Source: Antedon mediterranea (lineage: Eukaryota; Animalia; Echinodermata). From it: a stretch of 64,000 bases of DNA. The translations under genes and the position numbers were made by a program. The stretch covers positions 24,524,912-24,588,911 of the forward strand of contig NC_092675.1 of the NCBI RefSeq assembly GCF_964355755.1, written 5' to 3'. Positions within the stretch are counted from its first letter, which is position 1; every line of letters starts with the position of its first letter. Shown here piece by piece: positions 1 through 13,837 of the stretch. The notes below the pieces were generated by a model. The model made no database searches. It saw nothing but the letters and a program-made list of their open reading frames with translations, and was not told where the DNA came from.

Positions 1-191
1 GAACAGCTGAGATGATAGCCAACTAAAATAACTACTACTACAGTATAACCCTACAAGTCTCTCACATTTCACCCAATCTCATCTGACATAATAAAGGCAT
101 GTTGTTTAGTTCTCTGCAATAAGCTGTTTAGGAGTATTTAATTCCATTGGCATACACCCTACTTTTAACAAGAGGCTAGGCCAAGGCCTAA

Positions 192-340
192 ACCATAAAA
201 TCTTTCGAGACGAGTAGGGAGTTACCCCGGTGTATTACTACATCACAGCCACTGACCACCAACTGGGCCCTCTGGGAGATCAGTCTTTGACTGAAGAGGT
301 CACCCAGTATAAAGATAAAACAAACAAACAAACAAACACA
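192..340 (+). mobile_element. 3' fragment of tRNA-derived Deu/Nin-type SINE
   Basis: tctttcgagacgagtagggagttaccccggtgtatt...gactgaagaggtcacccagtat matches the 3' half of the full copy at 51901-52215; ends in an (aaac)n tail. Confidence 0.8.
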
Positions 341-784
341 ATTTGTGGAGGCAGTCCATTCCAATTTTGTAGAATAATTATAGACGGCGCACACTACAGG
401 CTGATTTTCGAAAGTGCCCAGTCAACAGCCTATCCTTGTGTTGCGCGTGTGGTTGTTGCTCATTAAACAAGGATGAACCACATACAACAAAATTCAATGG
501 GATAATTTACAAGATTGCACTTAAAATGCATAGTTGATGACATAAGAGTTCAATGGAGTAGTTATTGAATATCATCTGACCCACAATCCTCCAATCAAAT
601 GTCAAGAATCTACTACTATGTTACAATAAAGGAATAAACTCTTTACATTCAAACAATTGTTGTTTATTATACTGGGTAGGGCACTAGGAAAACATTTTTT
701 TTCGACAAAATGAAGATTTTTTATTTACATTCACCAAAATAAATAATCATTATATATGCCTCTTTTGTTTTTATTTCTTTTATT

Positions 785-1003
785 CCTGTCCACTTAAGCA
801 GCGCTTGTCTGATATAAATCTATCTATCTTGTCCAAGTACCTTCACTTGCACTGATGAAGGGCTAGTGTTGCCCAAAGGCTCTGCTAACTTTTCTGGCTA
901 TTTTACTTCATCGTTTTGATTTAGCTTTTCGCTTTTTTTTTTTATCTCCATTGAGATCCAGCCACTGATACCCACAGCATTGTCATTTTTTCAATATTTT
1001 GCC
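785..1003 (+). mobile_element. Penelope-like element terminal relic with decayed minimal hammerhead motif
   Basis: gca-CTGATGA-agggc-tagtgtt-gccc-(aaag)-gcTC-tgc at ~849-885 has type I hammerhead layout but a mutated GAAA; element boundaries are approximate. Confidence 0.5.
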
Positions 1004-1676
1004 TATATATATATATTCTAAAATATACAGGCAGTACTGTAGAAGACATTTGTATGCCAAAGGTTACAACATTTATATTGAAATACGTTCATCTGGCAAC
1101 AACTCAAACATATCAATATGCATTATTTGCAATTAAGTAAATTAAAACATTGATCTTTCAGCAGGAATTATCTGATAAGTTTCAAATAACATTAAGCTTG
1201 ATACTAATCAACGTGATAGCACATGACCGTACAATCTGGTCTAGTGAATACATTGACATAATTAATAGGATTCAAATTTTACCAATCATAGCGATATTAT
1301 ACATAATAAATAGGACTACAGGGCATTCTAGTTTATAATAAATAAATGCAATTAAAATTACTACTGCATATTATTGAGCTAGTGATGTGTTTTGATTTAA
1401 AGAAGATGACTGCCACCTGGAACTTGATGTTTAATTTCTTTGCAACTCATAACAAAGCTATTCTGGGTTTGCCAAAAAAATGTGCAATAACTTATTAGGT
1501 TACTGAACTGAGGAAAAACACTGGTGCATTGAAACTCATGTTCTTTGTCAACTAAAAAAAATGGTGGAGATTTTGCACTCATTGCACAATGAATTACTAA
1601 CTTGAAGCAAAGCAAACTTCATCCTCAAAAATAATAACTTTTATGTAAATAATTCTTCGTACACATCCGTGTTAGG

Positions 1677-1945
1677 AAATCAAACTGGAACTAAACTCAT
1701 TTTAAAGATAATTAAGTTTTTTTAACCTCTACATTTATACATTATAAATAATTATATTATAATATTATGTGATTACAGTTTTTTAATTAAATGTTATGTT
1801 GTCATTTAAAATCATTTGAAATCAAGCTCGAACTACACTCATTTTAAAGATAATTAAGTTTGTTTAACCTCTACATATTTATATTATAATTATGTTAATA
1901 ATATGCAATATCAGTTTTTTAATTATGTTATGTTGTCATTAAAAC
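1677..1945. repeat. Tandem duplication, ~140-bp unit x2
   Basis: aaatcaa...ctcatttt(a)aaagataattaagttt...tgttatgttgtcatt occurs twice in tandem with a few differences. Confidence 0.8.
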
Positions 1946-3280
1946 CGAATTGCATGTTCAAGGTTAGTGGTCACCCAGTGAATGACATCAAATAATTATC
2001 TAATTCTGAAGAGATACAGTTTAAAAGTATTTTAAAATGTCATTTGTAATTTGTATTGTACTGAAATTTGCCAAAGTCCCAAAAATGGTTAAGACACAGT
2101 CACTTCAAGTCTTCCACTTATAAAAAATAAATTAAATCAATTTTAGAGAAATATAATCCAATTCATAATTCCAGTTTGTTAGCATTAGCAAAACTGCGTT
2201 GTTAAAAAAACAATTATTATGATTCACAAATCAGCAGTCCTACAATATAGCAGGGAGTTGTAAAATATTTTCTTATTTTACAACTCCCTGAGTATAGCAA
2301 CATATTATCTGATAGGTTTTATGGGTTTTAGCATGGTCCTAGCAAACATCCTATCCAGCAAACCCGCTCTTAAATAGTAGGCCTTAGTATTATTTTTTTT
2401 TAATGTTATAGCATTTTTAACCTAAGGGTTTATTTCTGCTGCATATAGCACAACATAAGCCATTTTAAATTTCTAAAAAAGAAAAAGAAGCCCTCCAAAA
2501 TAAAAGAAGAAGAGTTTCAAAATTTGGCCAAAATGATATGAATAAGCTCTCACGCTGAGAGTAGGCTATAAAGTCAAAATGAGCATTAAATTAAATCACT
2601 GACGCCATGTTGATGACAAACATGTTTTAGTACAAGTTTAGTACAGAGAGAACATTGTTTTGCGAGTAACATCCTATCTATCTTTAACATCTAATTTTAT
2701 TTTAGTACTTATCCAATTCTTGATCTTGTCAGTTTTGCTTCCAACGTAATAATCTGTTAAAAACAAGATCTCCACTCAACTCAAACTAGATTTAGAATGA
2801 ATTGAAAATCAATTTGCCTTGCCCTGAGTTGAAGAGATAATTGTTGTCAGTTTTCTTTTTTTCTTTTCTCTACTAAACCATATTTTGCATATTAAAGGGA
2901 AAGTTTTGTATTGTACTTATGAAAATAATGTACACTTTAATTTGTCAATAATAGTAATATAGTATATTGAACACACACTTGAGTGTATTCTTGGTTAATA
3001 GGTTAATTTCATATGTGCGCTGCTCACTATTAGTTCAAATTAAATAGCACAGAGTGAAATACGGTATTCTCTTAATTCAATGAATACAAAACATTCAAAA
3101 TATTTTCACTATTTAGTTTCACCATTTATTTTAACTGATTCATGTCAACCAATGTTAACATCTAAAACAATGATATTAATATACACAACATAAAATGATA
3201 GGTTAGAATTTAAATTTATTTGTCGTACTAATTCATACAAGACAATTGATAGTCACTGGTCTACCAGTGTTGTGCATTAA

Positions 3281-3614
3281 AGATTGTATTGTATTGTCCC
3301 GTCCCCTTAAAAAATAATTTTTACAATTTTGTTTGTTGAATATGCCATTTTAATGTCACCTAATAGTTATCCACTTTGAGCAAAAATTAGATTGGAAAAA
3401 AATGTATTTACCTAAAAAATGTATTTTAAAGCAAGAAATAGTCAAATTGGCTGCCAGCCAATATGGTTTTTTATGGTTTTATGTTATTTTATAAGTGAAA
3501 CATTATTTTTGTCTATGGAAGTGATTAGCCTTATTAAAACTACAAAATAACCTATTCAAAAGTCTGATTTAATTAATCTACATTTTTCATGTTTTGTGGG
3601 GGGACAATACATTT
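3281..3614. mobile_element. Kolobok-like non-autonomous DNA transposon
   Basis: TTAA on both flanks; termini agat..gtattgtccc / ggggacaatacat; internal sequence shared with the copy at 35162-35504. Confidence 0.7.
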
Positions 3615-4693
3615 TTAAATTAAAATTTTACTAATCTACACAAGACCATTGATGGTCACTGTGCATTAATGTTAAATGATTTTGTTTATTCTTGCGATAC
3701 TTTACAACCTACTAGAAACGAAGAAGAAACCTGACAACTAATTGCTTTCAACCTTAATAACGAAATCAATAAAATTAATTGAATATGGAAACGTGATAAT
3801 AGCCATATTGAAGCCTGTATGAGAGAGTCTAGCTGCCTTTGAATGAAACCAATTACAGTACTTTGTCAATGAAGACTAAAATTTACTCTTTTCATCAATG
3901 AATTATAATTAGTAAATTTGAGAATGGGTCTAATAAGAATTGTGTGTAGTCAGCATACTGTAGATTCCAGGTAACAATATATTATAGCAAGCCAAGAATA
4001 AACCAATTTAGAAAACAGTATTTTCATTATTAATGCTGAAGCTGAATGAAACAGTGTTCATAAAAATACTTATTACTGTATATTTATCTCAATTGTTTAT
4101 GTGTCATAGGTAAACAAAATTTGTATACATATGTTTTATCCGGGTAAAAAAACGATTGGGATTCCCGGGATCCCGCCCGGCAGTGATTTGCGTAAAATCC
4201 CACCGGGAATTATGGTCTGGATCGATTCCTGGTTGCTTTTCACGCAAATCCCATCAGGATCCCGCTATAGTATTGCGATGTTTAGATTGTTCTACTCAAT
4301 ATTCATGAGTTTTCATGTTAAGTAAGTTTGTGTTTTTAAAGTGCACATTCCTAGTTTACATGACTCATGTAATTCAAACATCCAGCTTAATGACAATATA
4401 AGCACATTGTAAACAATTGCAGTGAAATGAACCAATTACCATAAAGAATGTTGCTGTTACTCATAAGTAAACTAAACAAGCTTAATTGTCTGTCTGGTGA
4501 TGAGAGAATTCTATCAAAATATCATACAACCAAGGAAAACCATGTTACTAAAAATTGATTGCAAATATATATAAAGACCCTTGCACTAAACTATCATGCA
4601 ATGTTCTCAACCTAATTTTGTATTACTGGTAATTGCATGATTTGATCTAACAATTATCATATATAGGTCTGGTAACAAAAAATAAAGAAATTC

Positions 4694-5039
4694 TTTTTAC
4701 TCGGGGTACCCGAGTCTAGGACTCACTCACCTTCTCCTCCATCCGACACTATTGAGTAAAAAATGCGATTTATAAAGTACTACTCCTCCCTTATTCGTTG
4801 TAGTATTGAGCTGGGATTTGGCATGAATATACTACAGGGACATGTCCGCAAAGCTATAAAGCCGGATTTTTAAATTTCAAACAGGATGCAGCCATATGAC
4901 GTCTCAAAGACGGTACCGTATAGCCGTATAAACTATTTGGTAGCGAGGTTATTGATGTGTATGTGATGTCACATCCCGTCTGACATCGACGTCATTACAG
5001 CTTCTTTTGTGGTACCGAGTATCGCACATTCGTGCTTGT
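4694..5039 (+). mobile_element. Helentron/HINE-like non-autonomous element (family A)
   Basis: 5' stem-loop actcgggg-ta-cccgagt, 3' subterminal inverted copy gtaccgagta followed by hairpin gcac-attc-gtgc, T-rich flanks; partial inverted copy at 41570-41705. Confidence 0.6.
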
Positions 5040-5919
5040 TTTTTCTATCAACAATTGTCAACAATTCAACACACTTCATTTAAACAAATAAATAAATTAA
5101 TAAATATTAATATTTTCTGTACTGTACAGGGTATGTAATTGAGAGATTTTACTGTAACTAAATATTGCTGTATTATTTTCCCAAAATAAATGGATACTGA
5201 ATGGATTATTTATTAACATGATATACACAGAAGCTATTCTCAAATGATACACAGAAGCTATTCTCAAATGATACTCATCATCTAATATCTAATAATACAA
5301 TGAAAATTAAATCACAACTGACCACCAGATAGCGATCATCAGTTCAAGTATATTGACCAATTAGTTAACATCTGGTAATGTTTAACATCACAGGTTTTTT
5401 ATGATAAACTAGAAAGAATGGAACAAATTACACAGTCCATTAATTTCAGGGATATGGTACCTCTTAAGGAATTAACACTGCATAAAAAATGTGACTTGAG
5501 CAAGAAAAAAAAACCTTTTCTGTGTAGACTAGGAGATTACCTTTTCTTTAAAATAATTTAAAAATTAAAAGTATATTCTAATACTTACTGTATTTTAATA
5601 ATTAGACATAGATCTTACATATTGTACACCATTCCTATTTCTCCTGCAAAAAAATAAATGATTGAAAACCTCCAATTGCTGAAAACTTTTAGGTACAACA
5701 CAAACTAATTTATTTTCGCCATTGACCTTAAGTGACCTTACTACTGTACAGTAGCATCTTGAACATTTGACCACATGAGAGTATTGCATTTTGGGTGATG
5801 TTAACATTAGTTTTTGACACCACTGATACGGTTATTTGGGAGCACACATTTAGCAGGTTATTCAGCAGAAACAGACCTATATAGTGCTACATGAACTATT
5901 AAATGATCCACTTTCCGTG

Positions 5920-6092
5920 TTGTTGTTTTATCATGCTAATTACTTCCTCATTTACATACAACCTGTCCTATTGGTATATAAGTACTCTAGGCATGGTTTT
6001 CTGTTCCAAAATGAGAATAGTTTCTCCTAAAAATAGCACATTTTAAGGCAGTTTGCCTATTCTTTAAATGTCTCACTATAGTTATTTTAACT
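5920..6092 (+). mobile_element. Penelope-like element 3'/pLTR fragment
   Basis: Close match over ~170 bp to 32625-32794, which lies directly after a GIY-YIG C-terminal coding relic. Confidence 0.7.
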
Positions 6093-7847
6093 TGAAAGTT
6101 CAGTGGAATCATTCATGAACTAAATGACTTTTTAAAATAAGTTCCAGCATGTTTTTATTCTACTGTCTAATATAAAAACAATGAACTGATCACAATGATT
6201 GACATGCTGTGTGTGTTGGTATATAGTAACCACTCTTGTCTTATATTGGTATCAATTTCATCAGTCATCAATAAAGCATATATAATTGTGCATTAATTTA
6301 GATGAGAAATTATTGATGAATTCTAGGTTTAGTCATGTATAAGATATCTATTGCAGCAGGGAACTTGATCTATGCCTTAACACCTCTTCCTTGTCACCTG
6401 GCAATTAATTGTTTTGTTCATAGCTAACCTACTGATGCAATTTTTAAAATATGATTTTAAATATCATGCCAATGGAAATCACTGAGAAGCAGCAGCAAAT
6501 ATGAAGAGAAAAAGAACAACTAAAGCATTAAGCCTTTTACATAATTCTATATAACCAGTTGCAGCCGGTGATTTTCTTTTAATTTAAATTCATTTTCAAA
6601 TCCTATTTTTGATTATTTAACTACAATGGTATTAAACTACCTGTACATCTATAAAACAGATTAATTACTATTTAAGAAAAAGTTATAATAAATTATCACT
6701 TTTCAAAATATGAAGTACAGTATTTGTATTAGTTTGCTGTAGGTGTGTTACAGGAAAGGTGACTAGACAGCTTTGCCATCTAATTGCTCATGGTATAAAA
6801 AATACACATTTAACATATATCTATTTTATATTCTAAATAATCAAATTAATAGTAATAGCCAAAACAATGAATTTCATAAAAGATATAACTCTCCTCTACT
6901 ACTAATTTGTACATTCTCTTAATATACAGTACAGTACCTCAAAGATCAAAGGGCTTTCTTCAATGCATAGGCATACAACACTCTATTATTCTCAATAAAT
7001 ATTTTACTGAATAATAAACAAACAGCTAATATATTGTTATTCATTGTTCTGCCACACTTTATACAATATAGTCATTCACAGAAAGCTAATAGTCTACACA
7101 ATGAATACAAAGATTGTTAACAGGCTAAGTATTGTAATTGCTTACAATTCCACATCTCGTTTTAACTGCCAGAAAAGTACTCATGGATTATATTAAATGA
7201 TGTGATGTAGGCCCATATAAATCATTTTTGTGGTAGCAGAAATTAGACCAAATTGTTTTAAAACTTCAAATAAAGTGATTATTATTCTCAGCTTATTGTC
7301 TGTTAAAATTTGATTTGAGATCTGGTTAACAACAGCAATGCAGAAATATAAACAGAGAAAGATGTTTGCCTGACACTTAAAAAAATATATTACAGAAATT
7401 GCACAGAAGAACACAAAGAGTATTTAAATATGCCTATAGTATATAGAATGTGTAGTAATTATTCTAATTATTTCCCAGTATATTTTAATAATAAAGACAC
7501 TTAATATTCACTTTAAGAATAATAGCCTTGATGCTTTTCAATACTGCACAGTGGTGTTCTTGTTTACTTTAGTAAAAGTCAAATATTGAAATAAGAGGTT
7601 AAAATAAATAATTACATACTAAACATTGTAAATAATTGTCAGTGCATTAGGAATTTGCAAACTGTTTTATCTTACAATGTATCTCTACAATTACAAGCAT
7701 GGGTTATAAATATTATTAATATTGGCAGGTACAGTAGGCTTTCATTCAAGGGAATCTATGATTTGTAAAAGGTAGATACTTAAAAAGTGGTACTGAGGTA
7801 TACAGTATATAACAGTAATATAGTAGATCTAGTATACTGTTAACATA

Positions 7848-9425
7848 TTTTTAGTTATCCGCATTGAGCGGATAACTCCTTGTAACTGTACTGGATCAAT
7901 TTCTATGTTTTTCTTCTTTCTTTCCTCCACTTTTTTGTGGCTCATGTATCTCTAAAATGTGTTAACATAACATTTCATAACTTTGTCAACATATGAACAT
8001 TTATATGAAGTTGTGCAGCATGTATTTTTTAAATACGTCAGAGTTGCGCAACATGACTTACGTGCGATTTTATGAATTTCAATGATTGATCATAGATTAA
8101 AAACCAAGCATAATTTTTTTTTTACACTTTGTGAAAATTTAAGTCATATCAAGGGCAAACTTTTTGTGGATTAAAAATGGCATGTTTTACAAGAAGTTAC
8201 GCGCACACGCGCATTTAAAATTTCAAAATGCGCAAAATTTATTTCTAATCAACTTTATACGCGTTTCATGTCATTTTAAGCTTGTCAAAAATTCCCAAGG
8301 ATGCGCAAATTTTTGCGCGCGCGGTTTACACAAAGCGTGAAATACGTCAATGTTTTACGTAAATCATATTTTTCCAGCCTTTTATAGTAATTTTACCAAA
8401 TATGGAACCATTTCTACTTAAAATTACGTCAATACGAGCACGTCGAATTGGACAATTTGCGCATGTTTTTGATGAAAAAGTTCAAAAATTCGTCAAAATC
8501 ATGCCCTTTTTTAAACAGTCATAGTTTCTAAACTAAACGGTGAAAGTTATTTTTATTACATATTCTGGAAGTTGATGAGTTGTAGATATCGGTTCATGCT
8601 TTAATATGGCTAACCGGACATTGTGACGTCATCGTATGGCCACGCGAATATAAAATATAGGATTTTTGTATCTTTCGTCATAGCTCATCACATTTAATAG
8701 AGCGCATCTCCACTTATCTGTTTTTCATTTTCATCCCGATTTTTATATTTTCTAGGTCAATCAACTATCTTTCGCATGAGTTAAAAATATTTTAATTTTT
8801 ATGACGTAATGATGTCTAAAAATGTAGATAACCTGGGTCACTTATTTTCATCTTTACAGTAAATTTCAATCTGTTATAGCTCGTCAGAATAAAACGTGAT
8901 AATCATGATTAAAACATTTTCAGGAAGCTATTGGATTGTAGATACGAATTCATGTGAACATTTGCCAATTAGATGTTGTGATGTCATCATATGGCCAGTT
9001 AAATAAAAAAAGTCGTATTTTCATCTTTTGCATCATAGTTCATTACATTTAAAAGAGCGCGCATCAATATTTCACATATTCAAATTTCTTAAATACGTTA
9101 ATATGTTGTTGCTGAGATAATTTCCTTCCGAAATTGCTATCTTAGTTTTTCATTTTGATACCGTCGCCATTTTAAAAATTGGAATAAATAGCTGGTCCCG
9201 TAATTTCACCTATTCTACACTGTATGAAGTATACAGATTATACCGTTTGCACTGTATATACCATATGACACAAAATTGACAGAATTCAGCACTAAACAGC
9301 ATATCATATTCTTCAGTTCAGGTCATAATCTTTTTCTGTGTGCAAACTGTCAACGTATGACGTGCACGTGGCGTTTGTGTGGTGCGGATAACTAACTCGT
9401 CAAAGTGACGAGTTACATGTCTAGT
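7848..9425 (+). mobile_element. Helentron/Helitron-like non-autonomous element (family B, ~1.6 kb)
   Basis: 5' ttagttatccgca with local hairpin ttatccgc-attga-gcggataa; 3' inverted copy tgcggataactaa, then hairpin aactcgtca-aag-tgacgagtt and a CTAG end; no TSD; CpG-rich interior with diverged internal repeats. Confidence 0.7.
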
Positions 9426-9757
9426 GTACAGTAGCTGTTGTATTTTTTTTTATATTTTAAACATATTAATCTCTAGAGCTCTAGAGTAAAATTATAAATT
9501 ATTTTTTAATTTAAAAAATATTTTCTCTTCCATAAACAGATTATAATAAGTGAAGTGTCAAAAGAATTGAATCCAGGAATTGGACATCAAGCACTGTGCA
9601 ATAAGATGGTTGACTTTCAAGAAATGGTCAAAATCTTCAACAGGAGATAAGAGAAAGCCATTATTTTTGAAATAAACAAAGAGACTCATAGATAGGCTGT
9701 CTATTTAAAGCTGTAAAAGATAATGAATACATTACTGGTGATATTAAAATATGGCCT

Positions 9758-10010
9758 GACCGAAGTTAAGCAACGTTGGACTCAGTTAGAGCTTGGATGG
9801 GAATACCTGCTGAGGTCCCATTAGGCATTTGAAATCAGCACTGCTGAATGTTATGGCAGCCCCTGCATCTAGTATCTGCCTCAGATGTATTGGCTTATGC
9901 ATCTCCTCTGGTTAAGGTGGGCACTGGACGAGAGAAGCCCTTGGTCAATGTTGGGACCAGCCAAAGGTGAACAGTCCTGGCTTTAGTCATCAGTCAGATG
10001 AATGTAAGAC
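9758..10010 (+). mobile_element. 5S rRNA-derived SINE-like element (SINE3-type) or 5S pseudogene fragment
   Basis: ccgaagttaagcaacgttggactcagttagagcttggatgggaatacc resembles the 5S internal control region (A box AGYTAAGC, C box TGGATGGG), followed by a non-5S GC-richer body; 3' end approximate. Confidence 0.6.
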
Positions 10011-10864
10011 TAATTGACATTTTCGTTTACAACAGAAGTTGGCCATATATACATTAAAATAACAAACTCCATTCATGTTCAGTTTACAGCAGACTTTAAT
10101 AAACATGAATACTATAAAGTGTTGACATCCTTCTAAACCTGTACACTCTTCTTCGTAATTGAGACAATCAATCAAGTTTTCACTATTAAATCACAACACA
10201 TGATGACTAGACAGTGATTAAAGTACTCATGCTTTAAGTTTTAATAAGCTTACACGCTTCAAATACAAGTCGATGAATCATACATTACTTTAATATCACA
10301 AATTATTAATGAGGTAATTTCAATAAAACATTAAATTGGAATGATGGAACTTTATGACTTACAAAGGTTTAGTGCAGCCAACAAAATCTATTAATCATAC
10401 TGTTTAATAATTATCGATCTATAGTTTCCTCTTAGTCTTATCTTAAAAAAATTGTGAATAAATAATGATATATATAGGCTATATGATTTTTTTTTTGTTT
10501 ATTGAGATATTTCAAATTAACCAGTAAAATCCCTATCCTTTTGTACACAAATGTTGTAGTAGAGCCATCCAATAATATGAAAAATAAACTGTGTGCAAAA
10601 AAATGTTATCAGATGAATATATATAACTGTACTGTAATGTAGGTAATTTAACTTGGATTTTTGGGGCATCTGTAAAGCTACATACTTTCACACACATTTC
10701 TGTTTCATGGAATGGAAGACGTTAAAAACGTTTAAATAATGAAAAACTATACAGTATAAAGAATTTAACTCTGCCATCTTCCAAAAACAAAAGTGTGAAT
10801 GTAGCTAAAGCACAGTAAACCATAGTAGCATACTACTGTATGTATATAAAAGTACAGCTATTAA

Positions 10865-11941
10865 GGCCCTGTTCAGACCCATGGCGTTAGACCGTTTTAG
10901 CGTACAACGTTACTATCAAGGTCACGTTACAAACCGCAGAGAAAAAAACGAGGTGTTCAGACCCATAGCGTACGATTATCGTTACAACGGAAGTACGTCA
11001 TCCAGGTTGTTTCTAGTTGCATATTCATGTGCTCTTACCCACGTGTTTTCATCATTATTTCCACTGTATATAGGCCTAGATCTCAGCCCTACAATTATGA
11101 CAAAATTTGCCGTAAATAAAACATACCTCAGCATTTATTTAAAAAAAAAATATAGTAAAGCCAAATTTCTGTTTCTATTGTTTTTATTTTGTAGTAAAAA
11201 ACATTTTCCCCAGGCTCTTGTGTTACGAAAATAAAGCAGGCCTCGTAATGATGAAGAAAACAATGATTGTGATTAGTCTATCCAGTCCAGTCAAAGATAT
11301 ATATTCTTTAGTTCAGTCGGTTGAAAATAACCCTTAACTTGCTAATAAAAGGGACACAGCTCCCCTTGTTTGTTTACTGATTTTTTTAGGAGTTAGGGGG
11401 TTTTCAGCATTAAACTTGTCCAGTCTAGTCTGCCTTGATGAATGAGTGACTTGATGTCCCACGCTAGTTTTTAGCTTGAATGAAATGCGTGAATGGCTCT
11501 AGGCCTAGCTAGGCCTAAAAGCGGATGGGATCGTAGTCCCTATGTTTAAATACAAGGTGCATGTATTTATGTCATTTGTTAGAAAATATAATGGTAATCA
11601 GTTGATAATAGTTTGTTTGCCTTTGTAACAGTTGTATTTGTAGTGTAGTTAGGCCTTATTTATTCTGGCCTTTTTGTTATTGAAATCCATCTCACACATT
11701 GACGATACAAGATGTCAGCCTAGGTCAAACCTTGTTTCGCGTCATAACAGGAAACGTTCTGATTGGATACAACGTTGACTTACAGTAGCGTCGTACGCTA
11801 AAACGGTACTATCAACCGTTTTCCACTACAACGCTACAACCGTTGTACAACGCGTTGTACGCTAATCCCCAACTGTTCAGACACACATTCTTTTAGCGTC
11901 GTACGCTAAAACGGTCTAACGCCATGGGTCTGAACAGGGCC
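10865..11941. mobile_element. PIF/Harbinger-like non-autonomous DNA transposon
   Basis: 41-bp perfect TIR ggccctgttcagacccatggcgttagaccgttttagcgtac, TAA target-site duplication on both sides, subterminal repeats, no transposase ORF. Confidence 0.9.
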
Positions 11942-12784
11942 TAAAATAAAGTATGCCTGTCTATCTACAAATATTTTAGCATTACTCTCTAGGGTATGCA
12001 ATATAGAAATGGAATTATAATTGAAAACATGTGTGCATTGAATTAAATATCCACCCTTCTGTGTACAGGTCACTAGGGGTTTAAGAAAGAAATGCTGCTG
12101 GTATTGATGTTGGTAAATCTATCATTCATTTTTACAGTGGTGGAGCCAGGATTTGCCTGAGAGAGAGGCTAAAATAAGCAATCGTTATTCTCCATAGTTA
12201 GCAATTCCACTGGATAACAATTAAAATTTAAAAACAAGAAATATTTCTTACAAAAAACGCCGCGTAACTTTTTGACTGGACAGTTGTAAGAACAGTCTTC
12301 ATTAATCTAATATAATAGGTCGGCCAATCAAAACGCAAGTGAACAATTGGGACTTTACTTGTGATTTATGTCATTGGCCTGTCAGCACAGTCGTTTCTTT
12401 CTAGAATTAAACGCACAAACTTGTACTGTATTGGGAATAATGTATGTGGTTATTACTATCGCATTTAGGTATTGATAATAATAATAATATGGCTTTTGAA
12501 TATATAATTACTGTCTGTAGAATAACATTTATACATTTTCGGTTCGCGATGAAAAGTTATATGAATGGATTTGTAATAGGTATTTATAATAATAGTATAT
12601 GGGTTGTATTATTGCTAAGCTATCACCAAATCGCGTTATAACATTATTTCTCAGGGTTTTTTGCACCATTGATCAATACCAAACGCGTATCGGTATTATA
12701 GTTTTTAATGAATCATTACATTAATAAAAATACCCAATTAAATCAATCGCGTCAGTCTAATTCCGACTTATGTTTCAATCACAT

Positions 12785-12942
12785 AGTTCTGTGTCTACAC
12801 TGTCCCAACTAGTTTAACAAAAAAAGTGTGATGTGCCCAAATATGGTAGTGATATGCCCGATTATCGTAGTGGTATGACATCGTCATGTCTATAATTATA
12901 ATATGGGCACATCATATTTAGTTTGATAGTATAGACAGAGCT
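12785..12942. mobile_element. Short MITE (agctctgtctacac TIR family)
   Basis: TIR-like ends ..gtctacact / atagtatagacagagct and internal gtgatgtgccca repeats; further copies at 27607-27727 and 55621-55748. Confidence 0.75.
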
Positions 12943-12969
12943 TAAGGATTATATTTAAAAAATGTTTTC

Positions 12970-13250
12970 TTACATTTTGAACGGAAGTATTTATTTGTTT
13001 ATAAGCCCAATTTTCCAGTCTTAATTTTACATTTTGAAAAAAAGTATTTATTTGTTTATAAGCCCAATTTTCCAGTCTTAATTTTACATTTTGAAAAAAA
13101 AGTATTTTATTTGTTGATAAGCCCAATTGTGCAGTCTTATTTTACATTTTGAACGAAAGTATTTATTTGTTGATAAGCCCAATTTTGCAGTCTTATTTTA
13201 CATTTTAAACGAAAGTATTTATTTGTTGATAAGCCCAATTTTCCAGTTTA
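12970..13250. repeat. Minisatellite, ~57-bp unit x5
   Basis: Unit ttacattttgaacgaaagtatttatttgttgataagcccaattttgcagtcttattt repeated in tandem. Confidence 0.9.
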
Positions 13251-13837
13251 ATAATAATGACCCCTTCCACAGTGCTTATACCATATACATTTTACATGAT
13301 ATTGACCGTGGGTTCTTTACGCCTCTGATGCATTTGTTTTTATTGTACCTTTTTAATAAATTATTATATGTTTAGGCCTAATCACACCCAATTTAATGAA
13401 ACGGTCAGATTCCGATTTCAATTGAACGAAAGTAGTACTGTATTTATTATTCATTGATAAGCCAAGGGTCCCATGGCGTTAGCCGATATCTTGAGCATTT
13501 GACTCTTGTGTCAACCTGTAACACAAATCATTCTTCAAAATCTAAAGAAAGAACCTCACACGTCTTTTTTGTGAGTGATACACTATGGATATGCCCACGG
13601 AAATAATATGTGGACATTGCAAACAATCATAGGCCTACAGTAACAAACATAACATGGCTAATAAGCATAACATTCAGACTTGCTTGTTTTCTAGTGGATT
13701 TTTATTTACTTTAGCATGTAGAATAAAACTAGTAACAGTGGCTATATTAATAATTATACTGATTATCCTTGATGTTATCGCGTCTAATAATAAAATATTT
13801 TGTTGTTGATAAGCCCAATTTTTCAGCCTTGATTTTA

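Noticed and set aside
230-466. 78-aa ORF
   Set aside because: Runs through a SINE tail and microsatellite; no recognisable domain.
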